Shown one piece after another: positions 1 through 10,408 of a DNA stretch of 49,526 nt. Below the pieces are notes generated by a model. That model worked only from the letters and a program-made list of their open reading frames with translations, made no database searches and was not told the origin of the DNA. Numbering within the stretch: position 1 is the first letter of the stretch; every line of letters starts with the position of its first letter. Both the position numbers and the translations under genes were made by a program. This stretch comes from Bacteroidales bacterium (GTDB taxonomy: Bacteria; Bacteroidota; Bacteroidia; Bacteroidales; UBA7960), in the NCBI GenBank assembly GCA_003556325.1, contig PWRF01000302.1:1-49526 (forward strand), given 5' to 3'.

Positions 1-108
1 AAGCGGGTGTATTCAGCCATCAAGCTGGACATCCGGCAGGGAGCCAGCAACTGCCTGGAAGGAAAAGTGAAGGCCGTGGAAGACCACATCGGGAGGGTGA
101 AAACCTGA
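1..108 (+). CDS. 3' end (partial) of MTH1187/YkoF-type thiamine-binding family protein
   Basis: Not in the ORF track. Frame 1 reads KRVYSAIKLDIRQGASNCLEGKVKAVEDHIGRVKT*, resembling the family C-terminus (RVxxxIKxDxR...LxxKVxxV). Stop TGA at 106-108. Confidence 0.65.
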   Translation, partial: KRVYSAIKLDIRQGASNCLEGKVKAVEDHIGRVKT

Positions 109-143
109 TATCCTTCAAGCTATTATTTATTAGGAGAAATTTA

Positions 144-223
144 ATTCCACGCAAAAACGCAAAGAGTAAAACTATGTCCTTTGCGCATTTTGCGTGAAAA
201 TCTTTGCGGCCTTTGCGTGGAAT
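144..223. repeat. REP/MITE-like imperfect palindrome built from CGCAAA/TTTGCG units
   Basis: Left arm ATTCCACGCAAAAACGCAAAGA (144-165) is complementary to TCTTTGCGGCCTTTGCGTGGAAT (201-223) and to a second copy at 179-198. It lies between convergent genes. Confidence 0.75.
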
Positions 224-264
224 AACTACCCACATAGTCGATGCACATTACACTTACTTGGCAC

Positions 265-1419
265 TCACTCCCTGATGGATGGCTCATCCACATTGTTCCT
301 GCTAAAGAGATAACCAAAAGGATTCAAGGCCGGCACGTAGCGGCAAACGACGGTAATCATGCCAAACAGGGGTATGGACAATACCATGCCAATGATGCCC
401 CACACGTGGTAACCCAGCACCACCGAGATGATGATGAACACCGGATGTACATCCAGCTTGTCGCCGAGCACGATAGGTTGCAGGATATAGGTGTCGATGA
501 ACTGGGCCATGGCAAAGGTGAGAGTGATGCCGATAAGTGTTCCCGCACCGCCTTCGGCCAGCAAGCTTACGGCCAGGGCTATGAAGTAACCGAACAGGTT
601 TCCTATGACGGGTATGATGGAAAGTGCTGCAGCCAGCAGGCTGATAAGCAGGGCACCTTCCAGTCCGGACAAAAACAAGCCAATATAATAGAGTATGGCA
701 AGAAACACCATAAGCAATAGTTTTCCGGCGAGATACTGTCTGCTTACGGCTGCCGAGAGCATGACGATATGTGCAGCCTGCGCACGTGATTCTCTTGGAA
801 ACAGGCGGAGGATGAAGTTTTTGAACTTCCTGCGAAAATGAATGAACAGAAAGACATACACCAGGACAATAAGGAAATTGGTAAGGTAACCCAGGATGGC
901 CCAGATGGCATTCATCGCCCGTCCTTCAGCATACCTCGGTGAGGGCTCATCCTGTTCTGAAAGATCCAGCTCTGAGGGTTTATCTGTTTGGTCTTCTTCC
1001 GTATCCAGGCTTCTCTGGAGGTCCAGGTTGTAGCGTTCTACCTGCTCCTGCCGCAAAGGTGTGGTTTCCACGAGGTAGTTTGTGATCACGGTCATGTTCT
1101 CCTGCAGGCGCCCCTGTATCATTTCCCAGTCGTCAGAAAAGCTTTTGGCCTGGAAAAAGAACACCGAGGCAAAGCCAATTGCCAATATAAATAAAACGAA
1201 GGTGGAAAAGGAGGTGGCAAGCACAGGATGACAGCCCCGGCGCTCAAACCTCTGCGTTACCGGGACCATTAAAAAGGCCAGCACCATCGCAGTAAGCAAG
1301 GGGGCTAAAAAAGCCTTTGCATGCACCAATCCTAAAAAAAAGAAATACAAAGATGCCAGCAGCAATGTGGCATAAATAAGGATTCTACCCCTGTTGTCTG
1401 TGTTTTCAGAAATTTTCAA
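265..1419 (-). CDS. AI-2E family (PerM/TqsA-like) transporter
   Basis: 384 aa multi-TM protein with LAPLLTAMVLAFL, IIPVIG, ILQPIVLGDKLDVHP and WGIIGMVLSIPL motifs. TTG start. Confidence 0.9.
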   Translation of the reverse strand: MKISENTDNRGRILIYATLLLASLYFFFLGLVHAKAFLAPLLTAMVLAFLMVPVTQRFERRGCHPVLATSFSTFVLFILAIGFASVFFFQAKSFSDDWEMIQGRLQENMTVITNYLVETTPLRQEQVERYNLDLQRSLDTEEDQTDKPSELDLSEQDEPSPRYAEGRAMNAIWAILGYLTNFLIVLVYVFLFIHFRRKFKNFILRLFPRESRAQAAHIVMLSAAVSRQYLAGKLLLMVFLAILYYIGLFLSGLEGALLISLLAAALSIIPVIGNLFGYFIALAVSLLAEGGAGTLIGITLTFAMAQFIDTYILQPIVLGDKLDVHPVFIIISVVLGYHVWGIIGMVLSIPLFGMITVVCRYVPALNPFGYLFSRNNVDEPSIRE

Positions 1420-1520
1420 AGCCCTCAGGTGTAATTTGTAATTAAGATTTGTAAAAATACATATATTTTTTTTCTATCTTTAGCCAGGTATTAATATTCA
1501 TTTTATCTATATAGGCACAG

Positions 1521-2402
1521 ATGATTACCGGATTAACCCTGAATGGCCTGCTTCAGTGGCTGAGCTGGAGCAGCCGGCTGCAAACCTATGTGCTGATTCC
1601 GCTGGGCATATTTTTGCTGGCAGTAGTGGTTACCAAAATTTTCAGAAGACTGATGCACCGGTATTTTGAGCAGAGCTCACATACCCTGCGGGTAGATCCC
1701 ACACGGTATAAGTTTTTCAAAAATGCGGTCAGCTTTATCATCTTCCTAATTGCTATTACTATCATTTTCTTTACGATACCGGAGCTGCAAACCCTGGGAG
1801 TATCCTTGTTTGCAGGCGCCGGAATCCTCGCAATAATCATCGGATTTGCCTCCCAGGCTGCATTTGCAAATATCATCTCAGGCATTTTCATCGTAAGTTC
1901 CAAACCCTTTCGCGTGGGAGACTATATCAAGGTAAGCGACGAATTTTTTGGCACGGTGGAAGACATAACGCTACGCCACACAGTGATACGAAACAATGAA
2001 AACCGGCGCATCATCATTCCCAATGCATTGATTAACAGTCAAACCATCATCAACAGCAATATCATTGATGAAAAGGTTTGCAGCCTGATTGAACTGGGGA
2101 TCAGTTACGATAGTGACATTGACAAGGCCATAGCCATCATACAGGAAGAAACAAAAAAGCACCCGCTCTTCCTGGATAACAGAACCGACGAGGACAAGGA
2201 GGAAGGCCGCCCCGAAGTAGTAGTGCGGGTGATGGGATTTGGAGAGTCGTCTGTCAATCTCAGGGCCTATGCCTGGGCAGCCACCTCTTTCGATGGATTT
2301 GTGCTGCGGACGGATCTGTTTAAAAGCATTAAGAAGCGCTTCGACACCGAAGGTATCGAGATCCCATTCCCATACCGCACCATTGTGATGAAAAACCAAT
2401 AA
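1521..2402 (+). CDS. mscS: small-conductance mechanosensitive channel (MscS family)
   Basis: GFASQAAFANIISG, KPFRVGDYI, IIIPN, GISYDSDI and GIEIPFP motifs. Confidence 0.92.
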   Translation: MITGLTLNGLLQWLSWSSRLQTYVLIPLGIFLLAVVVTKIFRRLMHRYFEQSSHTLRVDPTRYKFFKNAVSFIIFLIAITIIFFTIPELQTLGVSLFAGAGILAIIIGFASQAAFANIISGIFIVSSKPFRVGDYIKVSDEFFGTVEDITLRHTVIRNNENRRIIIPNALINSQTIINSNIIDEKVCSLIELGISYDSDIDKAIAIIQEETKKHPLFLDNRTDEDKEEGRPEVVVRVMGFGESSVNLRAYAWAATSFDGFVLRTDLFKSIKKRFDTEGIEIPFPYRTIVMKNQ

Positions 2403-2740
2403 GCGGTTGCAATACAACACGGGAAAAGTGTGTGTTTTCCCAGACATATAATGCAGGAAAAGAGAAGTTGCCCGTTTGACTTTTTTGAAAAGGACACTCC
2501 ATGTACATGTGCGAACAAAAATGTTCGCAAACGTACATCGGCGGCAGGACAGGCCCGGCTAACCCTGGAACCCTGGATTACCAACATGGACACAAAAAAA
2601 AGACTATCAGTCATATAAACTCTTTGGAATATTATTTGATGGATAAGAGGCGATCATGGACGTTTAGCGTTCGTGCGAGAAGTACGTAGTACCCAGTTAT
2701 ACCTTTCGACCTTTTATACACACTAAAACACATCAATTCC

Positions 2741-4438
2741 ATGAAAAACAAGACCGTCAAACATTTGCTCAGCATGTTTATGCTGTTGCTGGCAATTGGC
2801 TTTGCAACAGCAGCCAATCATGCCAACGAAACTGATCAGGACCCCGGCAAGGTGATCGAAACACTTATTTCGGATTACGACCACGATGCTTCGGCCGGGG
2901 GGGCTATACTTGTCATGCGCGACAATGAGGTGATCTACTCGCGTGGGTTTGGCATGGCTAACCTGGAGTATGCCGTTCCATTCACAGAGGATACTCCGAC
3001 CAACATTGGCTCGACTGCCAAGCAGTTTACCGCTTTTGCCATTTTACTACTGAAAGAAGAGGGAAAGCTGTCTCTTGACGACGATATCCGGAAGCACATC
3101 CCGGAAGTGCCGGCTTTTGAGGACACCGTGCGTCTCAGGCATTTGATTGCTCATACCAGCGGGTACCGGGAGTTTATAAACACCCTCGCCATGGCTGGCT
3201 GGCAGCTTGGCGACTATGTGGCCAGGGAGGAAGTGATCACTGTGCTTGAGCGTCAGCCTGAGCTGCAGAACAAACCCGGGGAGGTCTTTAATTACAACAA
3301 TTCAGGCTATGTTCTGCTGTCAATGGTGGTTGAAGCCGTCACCGAAACCTCTTTCCCTGAATGGATGGGAACCAACATCTTCGGGCCGCTGGGTATGGAG
3401 CAGTCCCTGATCCTGGAGTATCCGGGGCAAATAATTCCGCAAAGAGGGTTTGGATATTATACAAACCAAAAAGAACAAATCATTGGTGTTATGGACCTTC
3501 ATGCCTCCATGGGAGCAGGGGGGATCTATTCCACAGCAAAGGATCTCTCAAAGTGGGCTGCCAATTTCTATGATCCTGTGGTTGGAGATGAGGCAACTAT
3601 TGCACGCATGCAGGAAGGGTTCCCGCTTAACAGCGGTGTCAGCACAGGCTATGGCGCCGGCCTGATGATCACTGAACTTCATGGAATGGAAATGGTGCAT
3701 CATCCCGGCGGGGACATGGCGCACCGTTCCAATTTTATGTTATTCCCGGAAGTTAAAGGCATGGTAACCGTACAAAGCAATTATGCCGGTTTCCCGAACC
3801 AGGTGGCGCAAAGGGTAGCTGAAGCCTTTTTCCATGATATCATGGATATTGATGCCCCCCAGGAACAACCGGAGGAGAAACTGTTTATTTACGATCCGGA
3901 AAAATTTGATGAAATAGCCGGGAGATACGAACTCGAAGCTATGCCAGGTTTTGTTTTGGATTTTGAACGGGAGGGCGATACCCTCTTTACCCGGGCTACC
4001 GGACAGCCAAGGTTTGAGATCTATGCCAGCTCCGATTCCACATTTTATATGACGGTAGTGGATGCAAGCCTGACCTTTCACCGTGACGAAAATGATGAGA
4101 TATATGCCATGACGCTGCATCAGAATGGGGATCACTTTGCAAGGCGGATCACAGAACCGCTTTGGGTACCCGAAGAAGAAGACCTGGCTATGTACAAAGG
4201 CCGCTATTATAATGATGAGCTCGAAGCATTCTATACAGTCGTTGCCGACGAAGAAGGCAACCTGACCCTCAGCCACCGGCGCCTGAAAGATATCCCGCTC
4301 AAAGCCGAATCAAAAGATACATACACGGGAAGCTTCCCAATTATGTTCCTTGAATTTGTGAGAGACGAAAACGGTGATGTCACGGGGTTTTCAGCTTCCA
4401 GCGGACGGGCGGCAGGTATTATCTTTGAAAAACAATGA
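2741..4438 (+). CDS. secreted serine hydrolase (class C beta-lactamase/peptidase S12 fold) with C-terminal DUF3471-like beta domains
   Basis: Signal peptide; SxxK (GSTAK), YxN (YNNSGY) and HPGG motifs; two C-terminal GRY-type beta repeats. Confidence 0.88.
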   Translation: MKNKTVKHLLSMFMLLLAIGFATAANHANETDQDPGKVIETLISDYDHDASAGGAILVMRDNEVIYSRGFGMANLEYAVPFTEDTPTNIGSTAKQFTAFAILLLKEEGKLSLDDDIRKHIPEVPAFEDTVRLRHLIAHTSGYREFINTLAMAGWQLGDYVAREEVITVLERQPELQNKPGEVFNYNNSGYVLLSMVVEAVTETSFPEWMGTNIFGPLGMEQSLILEYPGQIIPQRGFGYYTNQKEQIIGVMDLHASMGAGGIYSTAKDLSKWAANFYDPVVGDEATIARMQEGFPLNSGVSTGYGAGLMITELHGMEMVHHPGGDMAHRSNFMLFPEVKGMVTVQSNYAGFPNQVAQRVAEAFFHDIMDIDAPQEQPEEKLFIYDPEKFDEIAGRYELEAMPGFVLDFEREGDTLFTRATGQPRFEIYASSDSTFYMTVVDASLTFHRDENDEIYAMTLHQNGDHFARRITEPLWVPEEEDLAMYKGRYYNDELEAFYTVVADEEGNLTLSHRRLKDIPLKAESKDTYTGSFPIMFLEFVRDENGDVTGFSASSGRAAGIIFEKQ

Positions 4439-4622
4439 CAGATGGCCGTCAACGGTTCATCTCACCATGATATTTTAGCTGAAGCAATTACTGTTTCAGG
4501 CACAGGCCTTTGCATAGAAATGGCTATGCAGGGGCCTCTATTTAAGAATTGACCGGGACGCACGGAAATAATAAAGAGAAGCCCCAGGCCAAAGGAGCAA
4601 AATGAATCTAAATCCGATACAG

Positions 4623-5486
4623 ATGAGCGAAAACCTGATTCGGGCAGCAATTGCCTACGACTTTGATGATACCCTTGCACCAGGAAACATGCAGGAACAT
4701 TCTTTTATACCCAAGCTGGGTATCCCTAAAGAGATGTTTTGGAAAGATGCCAACCAAATGGGATATGACCATGACATGGACGGCATCCTGGCGTACATGC
4801 AGTTTATGTTGCAAAAATCAGAGGAAAAGAATATTCCCATAAGGCGGCAGGACTTTATAGATTATGGTAAAGACATCCGGTTTTTCCCGGGCGTGGAAGA
4901 CTATTTTGACCGTATGACTGAATATGCCCGATCCATGAACATTATTCTGGACCACCATATCATTTCCTCCGGGTTGCGTGAATTTATTTCAGGCACTTCC
5001 ATAGCAAAACACTTCCGCAATATTTTTGCGTCGGGTTTCAGGTATAACGACAGAGATGAAGCAGAATGGCCAGCACTTGCTGTGAATTACACAAACAAAA
5101 CCCAATATCTCTTCCGGATCAATAAAGGCATCGACAATTCCTATGACAACAAGAGGGTAAATCAGCATATTCCTGAGCATGAACGTCCGGTCCCCTTTAA
5201 TAGAATGATCTATATCGGGGACGGCGAAACGGATGTGCCTTCCATGAAGATGCTTAACTACCAGGGTGGATATACGATTGCCGTTTTCAATGAAGAGGCA
5301 CCTGCCGGCCTTGGGAAAAAGTCTTCCCGGGAGATCTGCCGCGAAATGATAAGGCTAAAGCGGGTTGATCATATCGTACCGGCTGATTACTCCGAAGGGA
5401 GCGAGCTGGATAAACTCCTTAAATTGCTTATCAGGCGCATTCGCATCAACGAAGATCTGAAAGGTTTTACAGATGGCCAGGGGTAA
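4623..5486 (+). CDS. HAD-superfamily hydrolase
   Basis: YDFDDTL motif I, IISSG motif II, YIGDGETD motif IV. Start is ATG 4623 or ATG 4602. Confidence 0.85.
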   Translation: MSENLIRAAIAYDFDDTLAPGNMQEHSFIPKLGIPKEMFWKDANQMGYDHDMDGILAYMQFMLQKSEEKNIPIRRQDFIDYGKDIRFFPGVEDYFDRMTEYARSMNIILDHHIISSGLREFISGTSIAKHFRNIFASGFRYNDRDEAEWPALAVNYTNKTQYLFRINKGIDNSYDNKRVNQHIPEHERPVPFNRMIYIGDGETDVPSMKMLNYQGGYTIAVFNEEAPAGLGKKSSREICREMIRLKRVDHIVPADYSEGSELDKLLKLLIRRIRINEDLKGFTDGQG

Positions 5487-5549
5487 CAAGGAGGTGACCC
5501 AAAGGAAGCCGGTTTGCGTTAGCGGCATTTTCTATGCAGGCACCTGCCT

Positions 5550-6023
5550 TTAAAACCGGTAAATCACACCGCCCCTGACAATAGGGTTCTCTACCGGGCT
5601 GTCGTCGTCGAGAAGGAGGTCGTACAAGACCATTCCGTAAGCTTCGCTCCGGGATCCAAGGCCGTAACGATAACCCGCACCAACAGGAAGCCCGGTGATC
5701 CACTTTCTTTCGCCTCCGTGTTCAATGTTTGTCATCTCAAACTCAGCATGTCCGAAAACCTGCGGCACAGGGCTCACTTGTGTGAATATCCGGTTTCCGT
5801 AGGAGTAACGATTATCCCGGTCGCGGTACTCGCGATAAGAAAAGAACGGCGAGATGCCCACGTCCACGATCCCCATCCGGTACCCGATGATGGGCGACGC
5901 CTCAATATAGTACCCCCGGCTGTAATGGACTCCCACACTGCCTCCGGTGAAAACCTGTGCCTGGCTGCTGTCCGTCATGAGAAATGCAAAAGAGAAAAAT
6001 AGTAAGATTCCTGCCTTTATCAT
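5550..6023 (-). CDS. small outer-membrane beta-barrel protein (hypothetical)
   Basis: Signal peptide ending SQA|Q, amphipathic Gly/aromatic strands, C-terminal GVIYRF. Confidence 0.72.
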   Translation of the reverse strand: MIKAGILLFFSFAFLMTDSSQAQVFTGGSVGVHYSRGYYIEASPIIGYRMGIVDVGISPFFSYREYRDRDNRYSYGNRIFTQVSPVPQVFGHAEFEMTNIEHGGERKWITGLPVGAGYRYGLGSRSEAYGMVLYDLLLDDDSPVENPIVRGGVIYRF

Positions 6024-6095
6024 AAATCATTTGTTTTGATGGATGAATACTAACAAGTGTGGATTGTCTTTTGCAGTGTATGATTTCTTTACACC

Positions 6096-7346
6096 TTATT
6101 CTGCCGGGTTCATAATTCTGCCGGAAAACAGTATGTTCTGTGTTGTGTTATCCTTCACAAAGAACAAGAAAGGTCGGTTGGCTCTGAATACAGGAGGTTG
6201 ATCCGGGTCGATCGAGGTTTTCCTGATCACCACCACGGCGGTTGCAGCGGCTGCTTCGGTTCCTTCTTCAGAAACCTCGATAACGGCCTGGTGAATGACC
6301 TTGTCCAGCATGAGGTCCAGTTCACCTGTCATGCCTGAGAAATCGGCAAAGCGGTTGAAGGCGGTTTCCATTCCCATGTTTGCCAAAATGTCTTCAAGGT
6401 CGATCTGGGTTTCGGCTTTGAATGAAGGGATAAACACTTCCACCTCTCGTTCATTCATTTTCTCAACCATATCTGCAAAAGCCTCAGCATCCAGTCCGCG
6501 TTCAACTTCTTCCAGGGTTTTTCCCTGAGCAGGCAGCACGAAAAGCATCGAGAAGTCACCTCCGTTGTAAGGTATTTCCAGAAGTTGTTTTTCATCATTC
6601 TCAAAGTAAGGGAGGGTATCGCTGCGTCTCATAAAGTCTGTGGAGACCATTTCACGGTCCCGGAGGTAGAATATATCTTCCGTAGTCAGCTCCGGGTCAA
6701 ATTCCTTTAACCATGCTCCCAGAAAGTATATGGCATTCACAAGAACCAGCCGGGTGTCTTCGTTCAGGACATTGGGTGCGATCAGGTCTTCTATTTTCTC
6801 TTTGGTTTCGTCGTATACCCAATCGTTGATGTCTTTGGTGATCTGCTGGTGATGTTCTTTGAAGTTGACCTGGAATGTCTTTGAGTCATAGTATGCCTCT
6901 ACGGTCTCAAAGAAGCTGTCGAGGAAATGATAATCCTGCTGTGCCCATAAGGAATTTGCAATATTCAATTCAATATTTTCTTCGGCACGGCCTTTTAGTG
7001 CCTGCAGGTAATCCCGGTAGGCCGGGTGAAAACGCTCCTGGTCTTTGTCAAAGTGCATCACTTCGGACATTTGTTCCATGGTTATATCCCGGGCCCCCGC
7101 GTATGTCATAGCCAGCGCCGTAGAAATACTGAAAGGTGATATCACCATATTGTCATCATCAACCGGGATCTGACGCATCAGATCGAAAGCAAACTCGTTA
7201 TTATGCATGGGAATATCGGTTTTTTCTGTCTTTTCTTCATCCTGGGTTTCTACTTCTGACTCCGGTTCATGAGTGCGATGAGAGCAACTCCATAAGATTG
7301 CTGTCAAAACCAAAACCATCATGGTCTTCATCGGGATGTTTTTCAT
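6096..7346 (-). CDS. serpin (inhibitor family I4), lipoprotein
   Basis: NMVISPFSI, LVLVNAIYF, hinge EEGTEAAAAT and FRANRPFLF motifs; lipobox ILWSC. Confidence 0.95.
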   Translation of the reverse strand: MKNIPMKTMMVLVLTAILWSCSHRTHEPESEVETQDEEKTEKTDIPMHNNEFAFDLMRQIPVDDDNMVISPFSISTALAMTYAGARDITMEQMSEVMHFDKDQERFHPAYRDYLQALKGRAEENIELNIANSLWAQQDYHFLDSFFETVEAYYDSKTFQVNFKEHHQQITKDINDWVYDETKEKIEDLIAPNVLNEDTRLVLVNAIYFLGAWLKEFDPELTTEDIFYLRDREMVSTDFMRRSDTLPYFENDEKQLLEIPYNGGDFSMLFVLPAQGKTLEEVERGLDAEAFADMVEKMNEREVEVFIPSFKAETQIDLEDILANMGMETAFNRFADFSGMTGELDLMLDKVIHQAVIEVSEEGTEAAAATAVVVIRKTSIDPDQPPVFRANRPFLFFVKDNTTQNILFSGRIMNPAE

Positions 7347-7379
7347 GGGTGGATTATTTTTTCGGGTTCATTCTATCAA

Positions 7380-7447
7380 CAAACTTACAATTATTTTGCC
7401 ATAACCCCGGAATCGCGCGCTTATTTTTAATTGTTTTGCTAATTTTG
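7380..7447. promoter_or_regulatory. divergent Bacteroidota sigma-A -7 boxes for serpin (-) and trxB (+)
   Basis: TAAGTTTG on the minus strand at 7387-7380 and TAATTTTG on the plus strand at 7440-7447 both match TAnnTTTG. Confidence 0.6.
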
Positions 7448-7521
7448 TGAAAGAATCATAAGTCGCGATATATTGAGCAGAATGCAAACATTGTTACAAT
7501 GCACCTAAAATTAAATTACGA

Positions 7522-8460
7522 ATGAGCGAAAAGTCTGAAAGAGTGAAGTGTTTAATTGTAGGCAGTGGTCCTGCGGGATATACTGCTGCAATCTATGCCG
7601 CAAGGGCTGATCTGAAACCCGTTATGTACCAGGGATTACAGCCCGGGGGGCAATTAACCATTACTACAGACGTGGAGAATTATCCCGGTTACCCGGACGG
7701 TGTCCAGGGCCCGGAAATGATGGTTGACTTTCAAAAGCAGGCGGAGCGATTCGGGACGGATGTCAGGTTCGGTTTGGCAACTGCGGTTGACTTGTCGGAG
7801 AGGCCTTTTAAAGTAACTGTTGATGAAAAGCACGAAATTCTTGCAGAAACATTGATCATTTCTACGGGAGCCTCTGCAAAATGGCTGGGCCTGGAGTCAG
7901 AACAAAAGTATAATGGCTTTGGCGTGTCGGCCTGCGCCACCTGCGACGGTTTCTTTTACAGGGGACAGACCGTGGCAGTTGTCGGTGGGGGTGATACAGC
8001 CTGTGAGGAGGCTTCTTACCTTGCCAAACTGTGCAAAAAAGTCTACCTGATCCATCGCCGCGATGAGCTCAGGGCATCAAAAGCCATGCAGCACCGCGTG
8101 ATGAAGGCGGAAAACATTGAAATTATCTGGAACCACATCCCTAAGGAGATCGTAGGTGATAAAGCAGTTAACGGGGTTATCATAGAAGATGTTACCTCCG
8201 GAAAAATTACCAGATTGGATGTGGAAGGATTTTTTGTTGCTATAGGCCACAAACCAAACAGCGATATATTCAAAGGTCAGTTGGAAATGGATGACGCTGG
8301 CTATCTGATAACAAAGCCTGATTCTACTCAAACATCTGTTCCCGGCGTTTTTGCGGCCGGTGACGTTCAGGACAATGTCTTTCGCCAGGCTGTTACGGCA
8401 GCAGGAACAGGTTGTATGGCTGCCCTGGAGGCCGAAAGGTTTCTGGCAGATCAGGATTAG
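7522..8460 (+). CDS. trxB: thioredoxin-disulfide reductase
   Basis: GSGPAG, CATCDG, GGGDTACEE, HRRDELRA and FAAGDV motifs. Confidence 0.97.
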   Translation: MSEKSERVKCLIVGSGPAGYTAAIYAARADLKPVMYQGLQPGGQLTITTDVENYPGYPDGVQGPEMMVDFQKQAERFGTDVRFGLATAVDLSERPFKVTVDEKHEILAETLIISTGASAKWLGLESEQKYNGFGVSACATCDGFFYRGQTVAVVGGGDTACEEASYLAKLCKKVYLIHRRDELRASKAMQHRVMKAENIEIIWNHIPKEIVGDKAVNGVIIEDVTSGKITRLDVEGFFVAIGHKPNSDIFKGQLEMDDAGYLITKPDSTQTSVPGVFAAGDVQDNVFRQAVTAAGTGCMAALEAERFLADQD

Positions 8461-8527
8461 CAAAGCCGGCCATCCAACAGCCCCGGTTTGGGCAAAGTGA
8501 GTTTAGGAACAAACACCATTTGCAATA

Positions 8528-10408
8528 ATGGATGTATACGCCTTTTTTACTGCTTTTGCAGGGCTATTGTATGTTTTCATGGCTTTCCGTTTCCTGTCGC
8601 TGAAAAAGGAGAGTGCGGCAAAATTCCTGTTCTCTTCCCTAAATCTGCTGCTTTTCATCATAGCCTTCTCGCTTTTTTTTGCATTTTATACGACGGTTCA
8701 GCAGACACAACTTTTATTGTTTCAGGTCGCCGTTACAGGCTGGCTGGTACTTCCTTTACTGATGGTTGGCCTTGCCATTCCTTTTTCTCAAAAGTATCGC
8801 AAGCACGTATTGCGGCTATTGGCCTTCGTTTTGTTTCCTGTCGCATTGGCACTTATTGCCAGCTTTAACAGTTCCCCGTTTTCGATAATGAATATATATA
8901 TGAACTCAATAGGGTTGCCTGTATATTCATTTGATCCGCAAAGCTACTGGCATTACCTTTTGGGCTTATATTTCTTTTTGGCAGGTAGTATTACCTTATG
9001 GTTGCTGCTGCGTCTCAACAAAACAATTTTCCCATACGTCAGCCAAAAACAAAAATGGCAGGCCCGGCTGATTATTTTGCCAGTACCATTCTTTTATCTT
9101 CCGGTAATTTTCTTTGACATCGTGCTTCCGGGAATGCAAATGGCCGTACTTCCCAATGTAACACACCTTTTAGGATTGCCGGCCCTGGCAGCCCTTTTCT
9201 ATAGTGCTACCATGTTCGACAGCAATGACATGATATGGGAAGAACTTTCCGGCATTTTTATCCAAAGGATCAAGCAACTCATTTTTTTCCTTGACAGCCG
9301 GGGCGAAATTACTTACGTGAACCGGTTTGGCGCCGAATTGCTGAACTACCCCCTCCATGAAATAGCAGGTAAGCCCGCTGCCTCATTTTTCCGTCAGCCG
9401 CTGGCACTGAATAAGCTAATAAACATGGCTGGCTTTGTTCACGACAATCAAAAAGAAACCATGTACCTTCTGCCGCATAATGACAATCCTGTGCCATTAG
9501 CTGTGAATGTTGTCAAAGTACCCGGAAAGGTATATGAAAAATCTGGATATGTACTGATCGGCCTTGACATTCGCGAGAAGGTGTTTTTACAAAGCCGCGT
9601 AAACGAAAGAATCCGTGTTGAAGCGAGGCTTCAGAGCCTGAGTCAAAACCTTGAAAGGCGTGTGGCTTCACGCCAGGATGAGCTTGTTAGGGCTAAAAAA
9701 CTTTTAGACAAAGAGGTAGCTTCGCGCCAAGAGGCAGAGAAAAAACTTATCAGAGAAGTTTCTGTTAAAGAAGAAATGCTCAGGGAAATCCATCACCGGG
9801 TTAAAAACAATATTCAACTGGTGATTTCTTTGATTAACATCGTATCGGGGCAAGACAAGGTAAGTGAAGATCTGCGTAAAGTTTATCTTCATCTGGCTAA
9901 ACGGATCAGGGATGTGTCTTATATACACGATTATTTTTACGACCTGCCTTCCATGGGCAGGGTGAATTTCAATCATTTCATCCGGAAAACAACCAACGAA
10001 CTCAAAAGCAGGCGATCCAAAGGACAGCAAATCCAGTTTAAACTGGTTGTTACTGAACAGCCACTTACAGTCAAACAGGCAATACCATGCGGGATTGTCG
10101 TATATGAGCTGCTTACAAATGTCATAGATCATGCTTTTCCGGAGTCTGAAGCACAAGACAACCCTGTGTTGGCAACATCTACCGTAAATGTGGAATTCAA
10201 CTATACAGAGCCTTTATTCCAATTGAACGTTAAAGATAACGGGATAGGTCTTCCCCTGCAAAAGGGGCAGCCTGAACAAGAGGGATTGGGGTTGAATCTG
10301 GTGCATACTATTGTAAAGGAAGATCTTAAGGGTGATATAGCTATTGACAATTACAACGGTACAAACATAAAAATCTGTTTTCGTGGAGATCCTGTCAATA
10401 CAGACTGA
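8528..10408 (+). CDS. 7TM-PAS sensor histidine kinase (HisKA_2 type)
   Basis: About 7 N-terminal TM helices, a PAS domain, H-box EIHHRVKNN, N-box ELLTN, DNGIG and GLGL. Confidence 0.9.
   Translation: MDVYAFFTAFAGLLYVFMAFRFLSLKKESAAKFLFSSLNLLLFIIAFSLFFAFYTTVQQTQLLLFQVAVTGWLVLPLLMVGLAIPFSQKYRKHVLRLLAFVLFPVALALIASFNSSPFSIMNIYMNSIGLPVYSFDPQSYWHYLLGLYFFLAGSITLWLLLRLNKTIFPYVSQKQKWQARLIILPVPFFYLPVIFFDIVLPGMQMAVLPNVTHLLGLPALAALFYSATMFDSNDMIWEELSGIFIQRIKQLIFFLDSRGEITYVNRFGAELLNYPLHEIAGKPAASFFRQPLALNKLINMAGFVHDNQKETMYLLPHNDNPVPLAVNVVKVPGKVYEKSGYVLIGLDIREKVFLQSRVNERIRVEARLQSLSQNLERRVASRQDELVRAKKLLDKEVASRQEAEKKLIREVSVKEEMLREIHHRVKNNIQLVISLINIVSGQDKVSEDLRKVYLHLAKRIRDVSYIHDYFYDLPSMGRVNFNHFIRKTTNELKSRRSKGQQIQFKLVVTEQPLTVKQAIPCGIVVYELLTNVIDHAFPESEAQDNPVLATSTVNVEFNYTEPLFQLNVKDNGIGLPLQKGQPEQEGLGLNLVHTIVKEDLKGDIAIDNYNGTNIKICFRGDPVNTD

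Noticed and set aside
2741-4438. Beta-lactam resistance gene
   Set aside because: The fold is shared with peptidases and esterases. HPG replaces KTG and the extra C-terminal domains point to a peptidase-like hydrolase.
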